A program made the position numbers and the translations under genes. DNA of 64,000 nt, taken from assembly GCF_006345805.1 (NCBI RefSeq), contig NC_042998.1, positions 29,822,001 through 29,886,000 on the forward strand, written 5' to 3'. This DNA comes from Octopus sinensis. Lineage: Eukaryota. A model generated the notes under the pieces. The model worked only from the letters and a program-made list of their open reading frames with translations, was not told the origin of the DNA and made no database searches. Of this stretch, positions 11,271 through 24,508 are shown piece by piece. Position 1 is the first letter of the stretch; the number at the start of each line of letters is the position of its first letter.

Positions 11271-11784
11271 CACAACTTACAACAATGTTGCGGAGATAGA
11301 ATATAGAATACAATATATTGAAAGAAAATCGTAACGATACGAACAATAAAGAAAAGAATCGTATTTTGATGCTAAAAGGATTTGTGTCAATCTAGAAGCA
11401 GACGTTAATAAAAACGTTAATACATTTCTAAAATATCAATATATGAAAGTGTCAGATATTACTTATTTTGGAGCAATCGGAATGTACTAAAGTTTTCTCA
11501 TATAATAATCATTCTTTGGAACCGTAAACATTTCAGGTCACAGAATCTTCACAAGAATAGTTGAACATATTACTTTACGCTGTCGAAATAGCAGTCCATT
11601 TCACAGTGGTCCCATTGTTGGAAATTGCCAGCTTTAACTATACGTGGCCGCATATTAAAACAAAGGGAAACTGTAAAGTGCATTCCATAAGTTTTATTGA
11701 ATTTTTCAAATTCATTTCTTAATTTCCAAGAAGTACAAAACTCTCATCGCCTTCGAAGCTGTATTCTGACTTACATTCACTTCG

Positions 11785-12865
<1,081 letters not shown>

Positions 12866-13186
12866 AAAACGGTTGCAATCCTAAGGGTGACAAGTGCTTA
12901 AATGAATATAGTCACTTTAGGTATCTCCTGATATTTTATAGTTGATAAATTGCGCATGAAATAATTCTATCAATAGGATCTCCTGCGTACAGTTTCCATC
13001 ATAGTACCGCGGTATTGGATTAGGTTGTGGTCTGCTAGCCGAGTCTACTAGAGGAGCTTCCCTTTATAGCCATATGGGTATATGAATCCATATACTACAC
13101 TATGTTTATATATGTGTTTTATGTGTGTGTGTATACTTGTATGAGTGTTTATATATATTAGATACACACACACTTACGTGTATATG

Positions 13187-13246
<60 letters not shown>

Positions 13247-13462
13247 CGTGTGTGTGTATTTAAGCCGTGCTAGTGGAATCGTTTGCACGTCGGGAAAATG
13301 TTTAATGGCACTTCTCAAAATCCGCCGAAGGTTAACTCTACCAGTAATTCTTTCGGGGTCGATAATATAGATATTATATGTATAGTGGTGTCGATGTAAC
13401 CGACTCTACCGAGCCCTTTAAAATGGCTGACATTTTGCTAAAATTTGAAAGGACATATATAA

Positions 13463-13537
<75 letters not shown>

Positions 13538-15089
13538 GCTGTACTCCCACGCATCTGTGTGTATGTGTATAATTTATGACTGAACATTTGATAATTGTGT
13601 GTGAGTGTACGTATATTCAATTATGTACGTGCGTAATCATGTTTTATGATACATAAGCAACATTTTTTAATCATATTTCGTTTCACTATCTTCAGCAGCA
13701 TATATGAAGTGTTTCCATTATCTTAGCTGAAGAATTGCCTGTCAATAAATATATTTTCAAGATAAACAAATGTACGTTCTTACGTAGGCGGCAATATTCT
13801 TACATATATATATATATAAAATTTATGTTTCTCATAGCAATCAGTTCAATGTGACTCGTGTAAATGCATTGATATATTGTTTGTGTAAATAAGTGCATGT
13901 ATTTTATTATGGAATTTTATGGAGATGTCCCCACGTAGATATATTCAATGCAATTGCTATGTATGACTGTCATTATATTGGAAAAGCTGAGCGCCTGTTT
14001 TCTATGTTTGTTTAAGAAGCATTAACGATTCAATTGTATAAGGGATCATCGATAATCTAGTATATATACTACTTCCCTTATAACCCTATGTATAGGCTTA
14101 CCTGGCCTTCTCCCAAGAAATGATCTACAAGTCAGGAGAGGTTTCTATGTCGATAAAGACCATTTTCTTTCTTAACTCTTTCATGAAAACCACAATCTAA
14201 TCAGTCTGCACGATAATCGCATCAGTCTCTGAAGGCAAATAACTGAATATTTACTAGAATATTTTCAAGGAAATTATTTTACATACTTCCAGCTTTCTTA
14301 CTATTCATCCTTATTTGGTATTTTCTTCTATGAATTGTTTGGAAAATATATCTAGCCAACCGTTCATGCTTGTATATTTAATCTGCTTGGACGAGACTGT
14401 TTAGATGTAGACAACTTATTCAACATTTTTGCTGGAGTACACGCACGTTATAAATTGTATATTTGGTTCGTAGCGATGAACAAAGTAATGTTGGAATACA
14501 TGATACTGGTTCATAATTGAAAATGTTAATGACTTTTTTTATATGGCAACCCTATGCCTATCAGACAGCACTTGAACTTTGATACCCACCATTTTTGTGA
14601 CCTAAATAATAAAATAACCCGTGGCCTACAACATCAAGCATTACCCAGAAGTGATAATCCAGATACTGACAAGTGATGATCTAAATCAAATTTTTAAAAA
14701 GTGATGTTCGGAATAATTCACTTAAAATTACGGAAGCTTTCAAGTGAAAATACTATATAAAAGTTGAGAGGCTAAGTAAAAAAAAAACTGCGACAATCAC
14801 TTGATCTTCCTTTAAATCTATATTGGACAAAACATCTGCGGCCCTACTACATCAGAATGATATTAAAAAGCACGTGTGCCGCTCAGAGACATAATTTTCC
14901 ACCAAAATTTCCGCCAGGAGATATGATCAAGTACTGTAAGCATCCCATCACATACTCTTGTTTATAAAGCTGCCCCACTAACAGTAAATTTAGATCACCG
15001 TAAAGCAGTAATTTGTATGGGGACAGAAATATCAGGAATGCCTAATCGTTCTGGTAAGAAACGGGTTGTTCCAATCATCTCGACTTCTT

Positions 15090-17285
15090 CGTGTATGTTT
15101 GTGCGTTGTTCAAATTGTCAGTAAGGATTATAGAAAAGTGTTTATTTTTAAGTGTTGTGTTTTCTGACACTTGTTTTTGCTGTCTTACGGCAGTTTTCTT
15201 ATTTGAAGGAAGAAGCGCTGATAAAAATGATGAATTATGAGAACTTAAGCTCCTCAGAATTTTCTTCTGAGGAGGAATGATAAAAGCCCTGGACATTGCA
15301 GACAAGAAGACGGATTTCGCGACGGTAGCCAGAAGCCACCAACAACAAATTGATTTTGAGGAAAATGGTAAATATAAGGAGATACTAAGAAGGGACGGAC
15401 ACAATGTGAAGGTATCCCCTCCTTAAGAAGTGATACAGGGTGGAAAAAGAAAAAAAAAGTTGTTTATAGAACATTTTCGGTAAAATAAATGCAGGACAAT
15501 TGAGGTAGTGACGGTTGCACAAATTGAAAAGGCTTTAAAACAAATATGGAGAGAGATTGTGCACCTCAACAGAAGCAGAAAGTTTTGAACTGTGGAGGTG
15601 TGGTTCCGCAGCGATTGCCAGCCTACACTCGGCAACCCTTTTAAAAACGGAGAAGGTAGTGCTTCTACCCATATATCTTGTATGACGTGCTTCCAGGATA
15701 AGAGTAGAAGACATACCCCAGAAGTAGACGTAGTCTGGCTAGTGGATGCTATCCTGCTGGGCTGGCTGGTCCTTCAAGTTACTAGTACTACCCACCACAA
15801 TTGACAAGGACAGAGTATAGATACGATGATCCAGACCGCGCCCCGGAAGACCTAAAAAAAATGATAGACACCATAACGGTTTAAGAAATAATACTGAAGA
15901 TTAGAATCGAGGTTAGGATCCCTCGGTGCTACAAATGTGGCCAAAATGGTTACATTAGGGTAGGCTGTCCTCCACCACCTGCAGAAGTGCAGGCCAAACC
16001 CGTGAGCATGAAGGAAACCGCATCTCCGCCCCTCAGCAGTGACCAGTACGGAAGCAGAGATACGCAAAAACAAGGAGGAAGACGGATGGGAAAAAGTGGA
16101 AGGAAAGGAGAAAAACACACTCTGTGAGTGATGGGCCCCATTCCACGCCCACCCAAGCCCCCTCTGCTCCACCAGCCCCTGCAGGCACCAATCCTCTCCA
16201 TGCCCCACCTGACTTGGAAAAAATGAGAACACGCACACTGGAGCCTCAAATTTCCCAGCTCCCGCCCAGTGAGACAAGAAGGGGAAAAGAGAAAGTACAT
16301 CGTTTGGACCTTTTCGGTTTGACCGGCAGTTTTTTAAAAATAATTTCAACGTAACTAAACACTTTTAAACTTCGTATACTGGTAGAATGTGTTTATAAAA
16401 CATCTTTTTCTCTTGGCTCTTTTGGGAAAATTCTATAGTTTGTAAGATATTTGTAGTTTTTGTCTTCAATTTCAGCAATCTCGACCAATCAATGACGTCT
16501 ATTGAGGTGAAAATATTCTGTGCCGTATGAATATGTCCCTCGTTTAAGAAACAGATTGGGTTTATTTACATTTGTGAAGAAAAAAAGATACCCTTCCCCC
16601 ACCCATAACCCTAACTCTAACCCTAACCCTAAAACAGAATAAAATGCAATAGATCGATACTAGGGTCATAATTATGGATGACAATTTCATATGACACTGC
16701 TAGAAAAAAACTGCCGTTCAAACCGAAAAGATCCCATCGTTTTTTACGATAAAAAAATGCCAAGCTTATAAATGAAACTCATCGCTGGGACAAGTTAATA
16801 TGAGTGAGCACGTAGCTTTGTGGTGAGGTTCTCAGGAATTTGGGTTGTATTATAGTCGAGAAGCTTGTAAGTGGTCTGCGACTTACATTCACATTTATCA
16901 TAAATGCGACTAAGGAATACGAAGAGAACGTTAAATACGTAGCAAGGAATATAGATACCAGTGAGATGTCCACAATGCTGAGTTTATTTAAATTAAAACA
17001 AGACTTTGGTATAGACATTTTACAATGTTTAACGAGTTAAAAAAAATTTGAAAAAGGAAAAAATTTATAAAACCTCGAAAAAAGGATGTAATTGCAATGT
17101 TAAATGAGGGTGCCCGGGTGTGGGATCGAGCGTCATCTTTTCATTACACATTGTAAATTTATTTTATCTTTATTCATCCTGCCATCCGTTTTTGTGTCTC
17201 CACTTTCATTGTACCGTCCTGTTTGTTTACGTACTGTCCCCTCTATATTTAGCCCCCCCGCCCCTGTGGGCAATAAAAAAATTCG
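15090..17285 (+). mobile_element. ORF1(gag-like)-only non-LTR element, copy 1 (Tx1/L1-like ORF1, no RT), interrupted by a MITE
   Basis: Broken ORF: KTDFATVA..KYKEILRRDGHNVKVSPP..VVYRTFSVK..LLPIYL..RIRVEDIP.EVDVVWLV..IRIEVRIPRCYKCGQNGYIRVGC (knuckle 15927-15968). 3' end tgtcccctctatatttagccc...tgtgggcaataaa. 5' boundary approximate. Confidence 0.75.
16306..16734. mobile_element. MITE with GGA(C/T)C...GATCC termini, 8-bp TSD and internal CCCTAA repeats (Merlin-like by end structure)
   Basis: TIR ggaccttttcggtttga / tcaaaccgaaaagatcc; TSD catcgttt at 16298-16305 and 16735-16742; (CCCTAA)-like x4 at 16609-16632. Confidence 0.88.
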
Positions 17286-17579
17286 TTGTTGTAAGAAAGG
17301 GGAAGTAGTTAATATTTGCGAAGTAAAAATCAAACTTCATTAATCAATTGTCCAACCTACAGTAGTTTAGCTGGTGAACGCGAGTTCAAACCCTATGTTA
17401 TTCAAACTACATATACTTTGGTTCAATCGAAACAAAAAAGCGACATCAAACGCATGAGACGAAGTACTAAGAGATTAGCCATGGAATGTTAACAGCCTAC
17501 ACTTAAGATAGAGTATACACATTTGGTATTTGGTACACTTTACTGAATACCACACGCACCCGAAGAAATTTCGAAAGCC

Positions 17580-17870
17580 CTTTTTGCAACACCGGATCAA
17601 TGTATAAAATGAATGGTTTTACGATAGATTATTTTATTTTGTAAATTTAGAGTATGTAAATTTTGTAAATTTAGAGTATGTAAATTTTGTAAATTTAGAG
17701 TAATTTCTATGTATATTCCCTGGCAGGAATCGATCCCGAGAAATTTAGCTTTCCTGAAGTAGTTCCATTTTCGAGGATGATTTATGAACCTGGTTAGCCA
17801 AAAGCAACGACTGTTTCCAATATTAGAAAGAATCAGGGCGGTGTGAGAGCAGGATAAGTAGAATATTAAG
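17580..17870 (+). repeat. Unclassified interspersed repeat, copy 1 (contains about 2.5 copies of a 24-mer at 17641-17700)
   Basis: Aligns to 22235-22452 (ttttacgatagattattttatttt...ggcaggaatcgatcc.gagaaatttag...agaatcaggg). Confidence 0.8.
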
Positions 17871-18516
17871 TTTTATTGTAACCACTAAGAAAAGGATCGT
17901 ATCCTAGTATATCAGTATACAACATGGTTCATGACTGGTTGCACATTTAGGTATAACTGTCTGCATTAGATCTGGTCTTGGTAGCGATTATAAGGACTTC
18001 TACTTCAGATTTTAGAGAAGCGCTTGTAAGTGATCTATGATTTACATTCACGTTTTTCATAAACATGTTCAACGTAAAGAAATAGCAACTACGTAGGAGT
18101 AACATTTTCAGAGTATTATTTATTTTCAGAATTGTTAAACTTATTTTCTTATCTCGGTTACATACATATTTTATAAATATGTAGCCACCGATAAAATAAA
18201 TGTATTTGTATTGCCCAAAAAGCCAATTCAGTTTTTTCGACACTAAACGTCAAAAATTCTAAAATGTAGCTAACTTCAGCCTGCCCCCTGCACATGCGCA
18301 TTCGCTAGATACTTTACACTCGAATGTAGTTAAACGCCAACTTGCGGCGGCGAGACAGGTTGTGCTTTGGTTTCCAAAATTTCTATCGGGAAATATTTCG
18401 GTGCCGGCCGACCAACTGAGATAAACAGCGACAAAACGAAAATATTAGTCGACACCAAAAGATGATCACAGTTATTCTCCAGGTATTCAAATAGAATGCT
18501 GAAAACCATCTACATC

Positions 18517-19335
18517 AAAACCTTGAAAAAATGCTGGAAACAGTAACAATTGGAGCTGTGGTTTTAAGAGTTAGGGTGGAGGGCAGAATCCTTCGATGTT
18601 TCAACTGTAGCCAAAAGGGCCACATTAGAGGGGACTGCCCTTCACAGACTGAGAAAAATCAGGAGGAAGTCAGGAAGGTACCAGAGAAAATGGAGGAGGA
18701 AATACAAATAAACGGCGACGGACCGTGGAAAGTGGCAGAAAAGAAAAAAACGGAGGAAGAGAAAGAAAACAGGTCAGACTGAATGGGAACCCCAACCCAC
18801 ATCACCCATACCTTCTCAACACCCCTCAACCAGCAGACACCTCCGACACAAAATCAAAACAAAAAAAGAAGGCACTGAGACACAGGAACTCACAAGCTTC
18901 CCCTCCCACTGGAAGTTGTTTTGCATGTATGACTTTTGAAGGTAACTCATTAACAAAACAACGAGATGAATGAACACAAGGTTTACTATCGTGGAAGGAA
19001 AGACAAATATTAAGGGGTGGCATGTATTTGTTTTAGTATCAGAGAAACTGAAGAATCAAATAGAAAATTATAAAGGTGGGTACAAATGTTGGAGAGGGAA
19101 CAATGTCATGAAAGGGCTGCCGGTTAATATAGAGTATGAAGAACGTATAAAAGTATGTAGATTGGATATTTTGGAAGGTACGGAATTTACAGGATAAAGG
19201 AAGTGATACCACTTGGAGGTGAGGAAAGTAGATTTATTTTCATTTATCATCTAGCTTGTATCATACGTTATATATATTTTTTCGTTTGTTCTATGTCCCC
19301 ACATGTCTTTGTAATGTCCCCTCTTCGTTCGGCCC
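18517..19335 (+). mobile_element. ORF1-only element, copy 2 (5'-truncated), inserted into mariner
   Basis: VLRVRVEGRILRCFNCSQKGHIRGDC (intact CX2CX4HX4C, 18597-18638); second ORF 18970-19197; ends ggcccttgtgggcaataaagaaa. Confidence 0.82.
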
Positions 19336-19557
19336 TTGTGGGCAATAAAGAAACAGATCTGTAGGTCCTACATGAATTGAATGGGGTTAAATTTGTTGAA
19401 GGGCTTTCCGTCTGCGGTTCCTTGCGAAAACGTGACGAAAAAGGTTCCTTTAAAAAAAAAAAGATTTTTGACAGGAGATAGAAAAATAGATCTTCTATAA
19501 CAATGTGAAGCGGAAACGATAATGGGGGACCATAAACAACCTTCAAATGCAGAACTT

Positions 19558-19965
19558 GGATCTTTTAGGTTTGAACGGCAGTTTTTAACATAATTTCTAG
19601 GTAACTAAAAATTTTAAATTTCGTATACTGGTAGAATGTGTTTATAAAGCATCTTTTACTCTTGGCTTTATTGACAAAATTCTATAGTTTGTAAGATATT
19701 TGGGTTTTTTCCTTCAATTTCTGAAATTTCAACCAATCAATTACGTCCATTGAGGTAAAAAACATTCTGTGCCGTATGAATATGTCCCTCGTTTAAGGAA
19801 CAGATTGGGTTTATTTACATTTGTGAAGAAAAAAAGATACCCTTCCCCCCACTCCTAACCCTAAAATAGATTGAAATGCAATAGATCGATACTAGGGTCA
19901 TAATTATGGGTGACAATTTCATATGACACCGCTAGAAAAAATTGCCGTTCGAACCGTCAAGATTC
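19558..19965. mobile_element. GGATC MITE, copy 2, 8-bp TSD
   Basis: TSD cagaactt at 19550-19557 and 19966-19973; homologous to 16306-16734. Confidence 0.9.
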
Positions 19966-20218
19966 CAGAACTTCAATCGAAATTATGCTTTCAATTTGGT
20001 GGGATTGGAAGAGTGTTGTCTTTTACGAGTTTCTTTCTATGTGCAGGGCCACCGATTCAGATGTGTACTGCTGCCAATTGAACAAATTAAATACATCATC
20101 CACCAGAAACTTCCTAGCACTTGCTAATGTTAGGGAATTGTCTTTTTATCGCGACAATGTCAGACCGCACACCTCTTTGTAGACGCAGCAGAAGCTGCTT
20201 GGGCTTTACTCTGCAGAA

Positions 20219-20552
20219 TAGGCGCATGGCTCAGTGGTTAGAGCGTCGAGCTGACGATCGTGAGGTTAGAGCTCTAATCCCGGACCGGGTTGCGTGTTCT
20301 GTTCTTGAGCAAGACACTTTATTTCACATTGCTCCAGTTGACTCAGCTGTAGAAATGCGTTGCGACGTCATTGGTGCCAAGCTGTATCGGCCTTTGCCTT
20401 TCCTTTGGATAACAATGGTGGCGTGGAGAGGGGAGGCCGGTATGCATGGGCGACTGCTGGTCTTCCATAAACAACCTTGGCCGGACTTGTACCTGGGAAG
20501 GTAACTTTGTGAGTGCAGTCCCGTGGTCTGAGTCGTGACCGAGGGGGGTCTC
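20219..20552 (+). mobile_element. SINE head D + tail T3
   Basis: Matches 6151-6487. Confidence 0.9.
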
Positions 20553-21295
20553 AGATATTAGACTCACGCTAGATAATAACTGGGTACAGAGCAGTCACAC
20601 GTTTCAATGCACTTCAGATTCTCTGAGTAATAAAGGGCGCGGTATTTATAAATGAAAGAAACGTTTAAAGAAAAATGGTATTGATGTATTATATTAGAGA
20701 TTAAGACAAAGTTAGATACAAAAAGTAATAGACATCGCCACTGAAGTTTTTCATTAATAAATCTTAGTTATATTTCCCCCTTTGCGCTAAATGAAGTAGA
20801 ATGAACAAAGTTGTTTAAACAGAAAGAGAGGCACGAGAATGATTACAGATAGTTTTAGAAGATTCGAATATATAGAAAGTAAAGTGGTGTAGGAAACTTT
20901 ACACAACTAAATAAAAAATATTAGAAAATTTCCACTGTACGATTATAGGCTATCAAGTAATGAAAAATATAAAATTAATACTCTTATCTGCAAACGACGG
21001 ACAAAATATCAAAAGAAAAATGTTCTATATTTAAGAAAATGAAAAGTTATTAAACAAGTTTAATTGATAGCGATGGAATAAGAGGGAGAAACAAGGAGAA
21101 TTGTTGAGAGCCCAGAGTCTAAGTCAAAAAATAAGTAAAATATTTTCAATTCAAATCATTTGTATACTGGCAGACGATCGAACACCCAAATGCGTTTCGT
21201 TCATAAAAGTGATACGATTGATCAGGAACATTCTTCGCATAACAATAGCCACAACACAACACGTATACCGATACAGCTACAGGTATACACAGGTA

Positions 21296-21512
21296 ACTCT
21301 TTTTCTTTTTATTTGTTTCTGTCATTTTGACTGCTGCCATGCTGGAGCACCACCTTCAGTCGAACAAATCGCCCCCAGGACTTATTCTTTGTAAACCTAG
21401 TACATATTCCATCGGTCTCTTTTGCCGAGCTGCTAAGTTACGGCGACATAAAGACACCAACATTGTGTTTCAAGCGATGGGAGGGGAAACAAACACAGAT
21501 ACACACACACAA

Positions 21513-21551
<39 letters not shown>

Positions 21552-21683
21552 GCTTCTTTCAGTTTCCGTCTACCAAATCCACTCACAAGGCTTTAGTCGG
21601 CCGAAGGTGCCATGCAGAGGGAATGAATCCTAAACTATGAGGTTGGCAAGCAAACTTCTTACCACGCAGCCACGCCTGAACCT
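21296..21683 (-). mobile_element. SINE family B
   Basis: Reverse complement of 277-672 and 46991-47406, with deletions. Confidence 0.82.
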
Positions 21684-21722
21684 AACTCTACATGTTCCTT
21701 CAATATAATCTTTACAGGAACG

Positions 21723-22130
21723 AAGGCGACAAGTTGGTCGAATTGTTAGCACGCCGGATAAATTGCTCAGCGGTATTTCGTCTGCCGCTACGTTCTGAGT
21801 TCAAATTCCGCTGAGGTCGACTTTGCCTTTCATACTTTCGGGGTCGATAAATTAAGTACCAGTTACGCACTGGGGTCGATATAATCGGCTTAATCCCCTT
21901 GTCTGTCCTTGTTTGTCCTCTCTGTGTTTACCCTCGTGGGTAGTAAGGAAATAGGTATTTCTTCCGTTGTCACGTTATGAGAACAAATTTCGCGGAGGTC
22001 GAGTGTGCCTTTCATCCCTTTTGGTGTCGATTAAATAAGTGCCGTTCGAGCACTAGCGATCAACGTAATAAATCTACTCTTATGAAATTGCTGGCCTTGT
22101 GTCAAAAACTTGAAACTAAAATATCTTTAC
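21723..22130 (+). mobile_element. SINE A dimer
   Basis: Same two-monomer layout as 7927-8330. Confidence 0.82.
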
Positions 22131-22234
22131 TGAAACAAGTGACGTTCAACAAAATATACAATACATATACGGGTTTTAACCGTCAGTCATTTTCAGATCA
22201 TTGAAGATCCTTATTAGAATTTCTTGTAAACAAC

Positions 22235-22452
22235 TTTTTGCAATGTACAAAGTGAGTGTTTTTACGATAGATTATTTTATTTTGAAAATTTAGTGTATGG
22301 CCGTTTCTATGTATATCTTCTGGCAGGAATCGATCCTGAGAAATTTAGATTTCCTGAAGTAGTTTCATTGATCCTGGTTAGCCAAAAACAACGACTGTTG
22401 GCAATATTTGAAAGAATCAGGGTGGTATGAGAGCAGGATTGATAGAATATTA
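22235..22452 (+). repeat. Unclassified interspersed repeat, copy 2
   Basis: Aligns to 17580-17870. Confidence 0.8.
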
Positions 22453-23230
22453 TATAAAAAATGTTTGCGCAAATTGTTCCAACCCTTCATTCTCGGAGTT
22501 CAAATGTCACCGAGTCAAATTTGCCTTCCAACGCTTCGGGTTCGAAAGATATATACCAGCTTATTTGAAGGGTGGATGGTAACCACTAATAATTCTCCAC
22601 AAATTTCTAATCAAGTGTCTATATAAAAAATGGTATTTGATTACGCTTTTTCACTATTTTCACGCCTACGCTGCCTTTGAGAAAGAATTGTGGTATATGT
22701 CTTCAGTGAAAATCAATATTTCATTTAATTCAATGCAGTTAAACTTCATAATAATCCAGAAGAAAGATACAATTTTACACTCGATTAAACATGAAATTAT
22801 ATTGCCGTCAGTATTAAAAGGCTAAGACGCGTTTAGTTCTTATCCGTTTGAAAGACTTTATAGTGAAATTTTATGAGTTAATTAATTAAGATAATTTTGC
22901 TGTCGGACTTCTAGACCAGCCTCATTACCTTATAATTCTTTTTTGAATTTCAAATCATTAAGCTAATACAATAAATTGTATTTCCTCTATTATAATTAGC
23001 CTGATTCAACGCATGCACATGCAGAACATACATTCCTATGGTTTGTCTTGAGTCTGTGAAGATATATATGTATGCATGTGTGTACGTACTGTATCATTAG
23101 CAAATAACTTTTAAACGAACGGAAAGACGAGCGAAAGACATATCTTTAATGTCTCTTCGTTCCACTATCCTTATGATTTCAAATCTGGCCGTTGTCTGAT
23201 TCTTCACTTCTTTCATTATCTATAAAATGT

Positions 23231-23568
23231 GAAAGCGCAATGGCCCAGTGGCAGCGGAATCGCGGTCGTAGGATCGCGGTTTCGATTCCCAGATCGGGCG
23301 TTGTGAGTGTTTATTGAGCTTAAAGGTCCACGAGATTCCGGCAAGAGGCGGGTGCGAATCCTGCTGCACTATTTCACCACAACGTTATCTCACTCTTTCT
23401 CCCTGTTTCTGTTGTACCTGTATTTCAAAGGGCCAGCCTTGTCACACTCTGTGTCACGCTGAATCTTCCCGAGAACTACGTTATGGGTACACATATCTGT
23501 GGCGTGCTCAGCCCCATGCAAGTTAATTGGATCAAATGGAACCCTCGTCGTCGTAACCGAGGGAGTGC
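23231..23568 (+). mobile_element. SINE head C + tail T2
   Basis: gcgcaatggcccagtg...tgtacctgtatttcaaagggcc...accctcgtcgtcgtaaccgagggagtgc. Confidence 0.88.
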
Positions 23569-24049
23569 GGTAAAATCTATAAAATAATCGCCACCTTGCA
23601 TACCGCAGCAATTATATCAATAAAATCGAATTGTGTGTCGTTGTACCAAATCTAAAAATTGTTACAACTACTTCATTCTAGAAGATAGAATAAGCTAGAA
23701 TAGAATATTAATGTGTAACATTACGTCGTTTGATTCCCCAGCGTTTCGCGTTCAAATTTCGCCGTTAATTCGCAGAGATTTGATTACATAAGTACTTGGT
23801 GAGCCCTAAGCTTAGAACTTTAAAATGTTGAGTTAAGTTTTCAAATCATAACAAGCTTATCAACTAATATATTAGAATTAAAGAAGCTGCTCTATAAAAG
23901 AAGATAAAAGAAGTAGAAAATTGTCAAATTTCAAATAGCAGGCTTTCGATCGTAGTATGCCAAAAGGGTCCGATTGTGTTTTTCGAAGGCTGAAAATGAG
24001 AAAAAACAAACACGATCTTTTATGAATACGCTGCTCATAGAAGACAAAG

Positions 24050-24508
24050 AAATCGGTTTTAAATTTTGGCTCTAGGGCAGCCAGTTTGTGGGAAGAGGTA
24101 AGTCGTTTATATTGACCCCAGTACTTATTTTATCAACCCCGAAATGATGAACGGCAAAGTCAACCTTGGCCGAATTTGAACCTAGAATGTGAAGACGGAC
24201 GAAATATCTATTTCTTTACTACCCACAAAGTGCTCAACACAGAGGGGACAAACAAAGACAGACACACGGATTAAGTCAATTACATCGACCCAGTGTGCAA
24301 CTGGTACTTATTTAATCGACCCCGAAAGGATGAAAGGCAAAGACGACCTCGGCGGAATTTGAACTCAGAATGTAACGGCAGACGAAATACGGCTACGCAT
24401 TTCGTCCGGCGTGCTAACGTTTCTGCCAGCTCGCCCGCCCTAGACGGACGAAATACTGCTAAACGTTTTACCCAGTGTGTTCATGACACTGCCAGCTCAC
24501 CTCCTTAA
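24050..24508 (-). mobile_element. SINE A dimer plus an extra head fragment
   Basis: Two cores on the minus strand (about 24135-24185 and 24315-24370). Confidence 0.82.

Larger units (their letters stand above)
18203..20200 (+). mobile_element. Decayed mariner transposon split by two insertions
   Basis: 5' part WFPKFLSGN..GRPTEINSDKTKILVD..ENHLHQ (to about 18516); resumes at about 19340 with VLHEL..ILTGD..YNNVKRKR; after the MITE, IMLSIWWDWKSVVFYEFL..SDVYCCQL..RDNVRPHTSL. Confidence 0.88.

Noticed and set aside
14650-14720. C/D snoRNA (gtgatga box)
   Set aside because: No properly placed CTGA D box or terminal stem.
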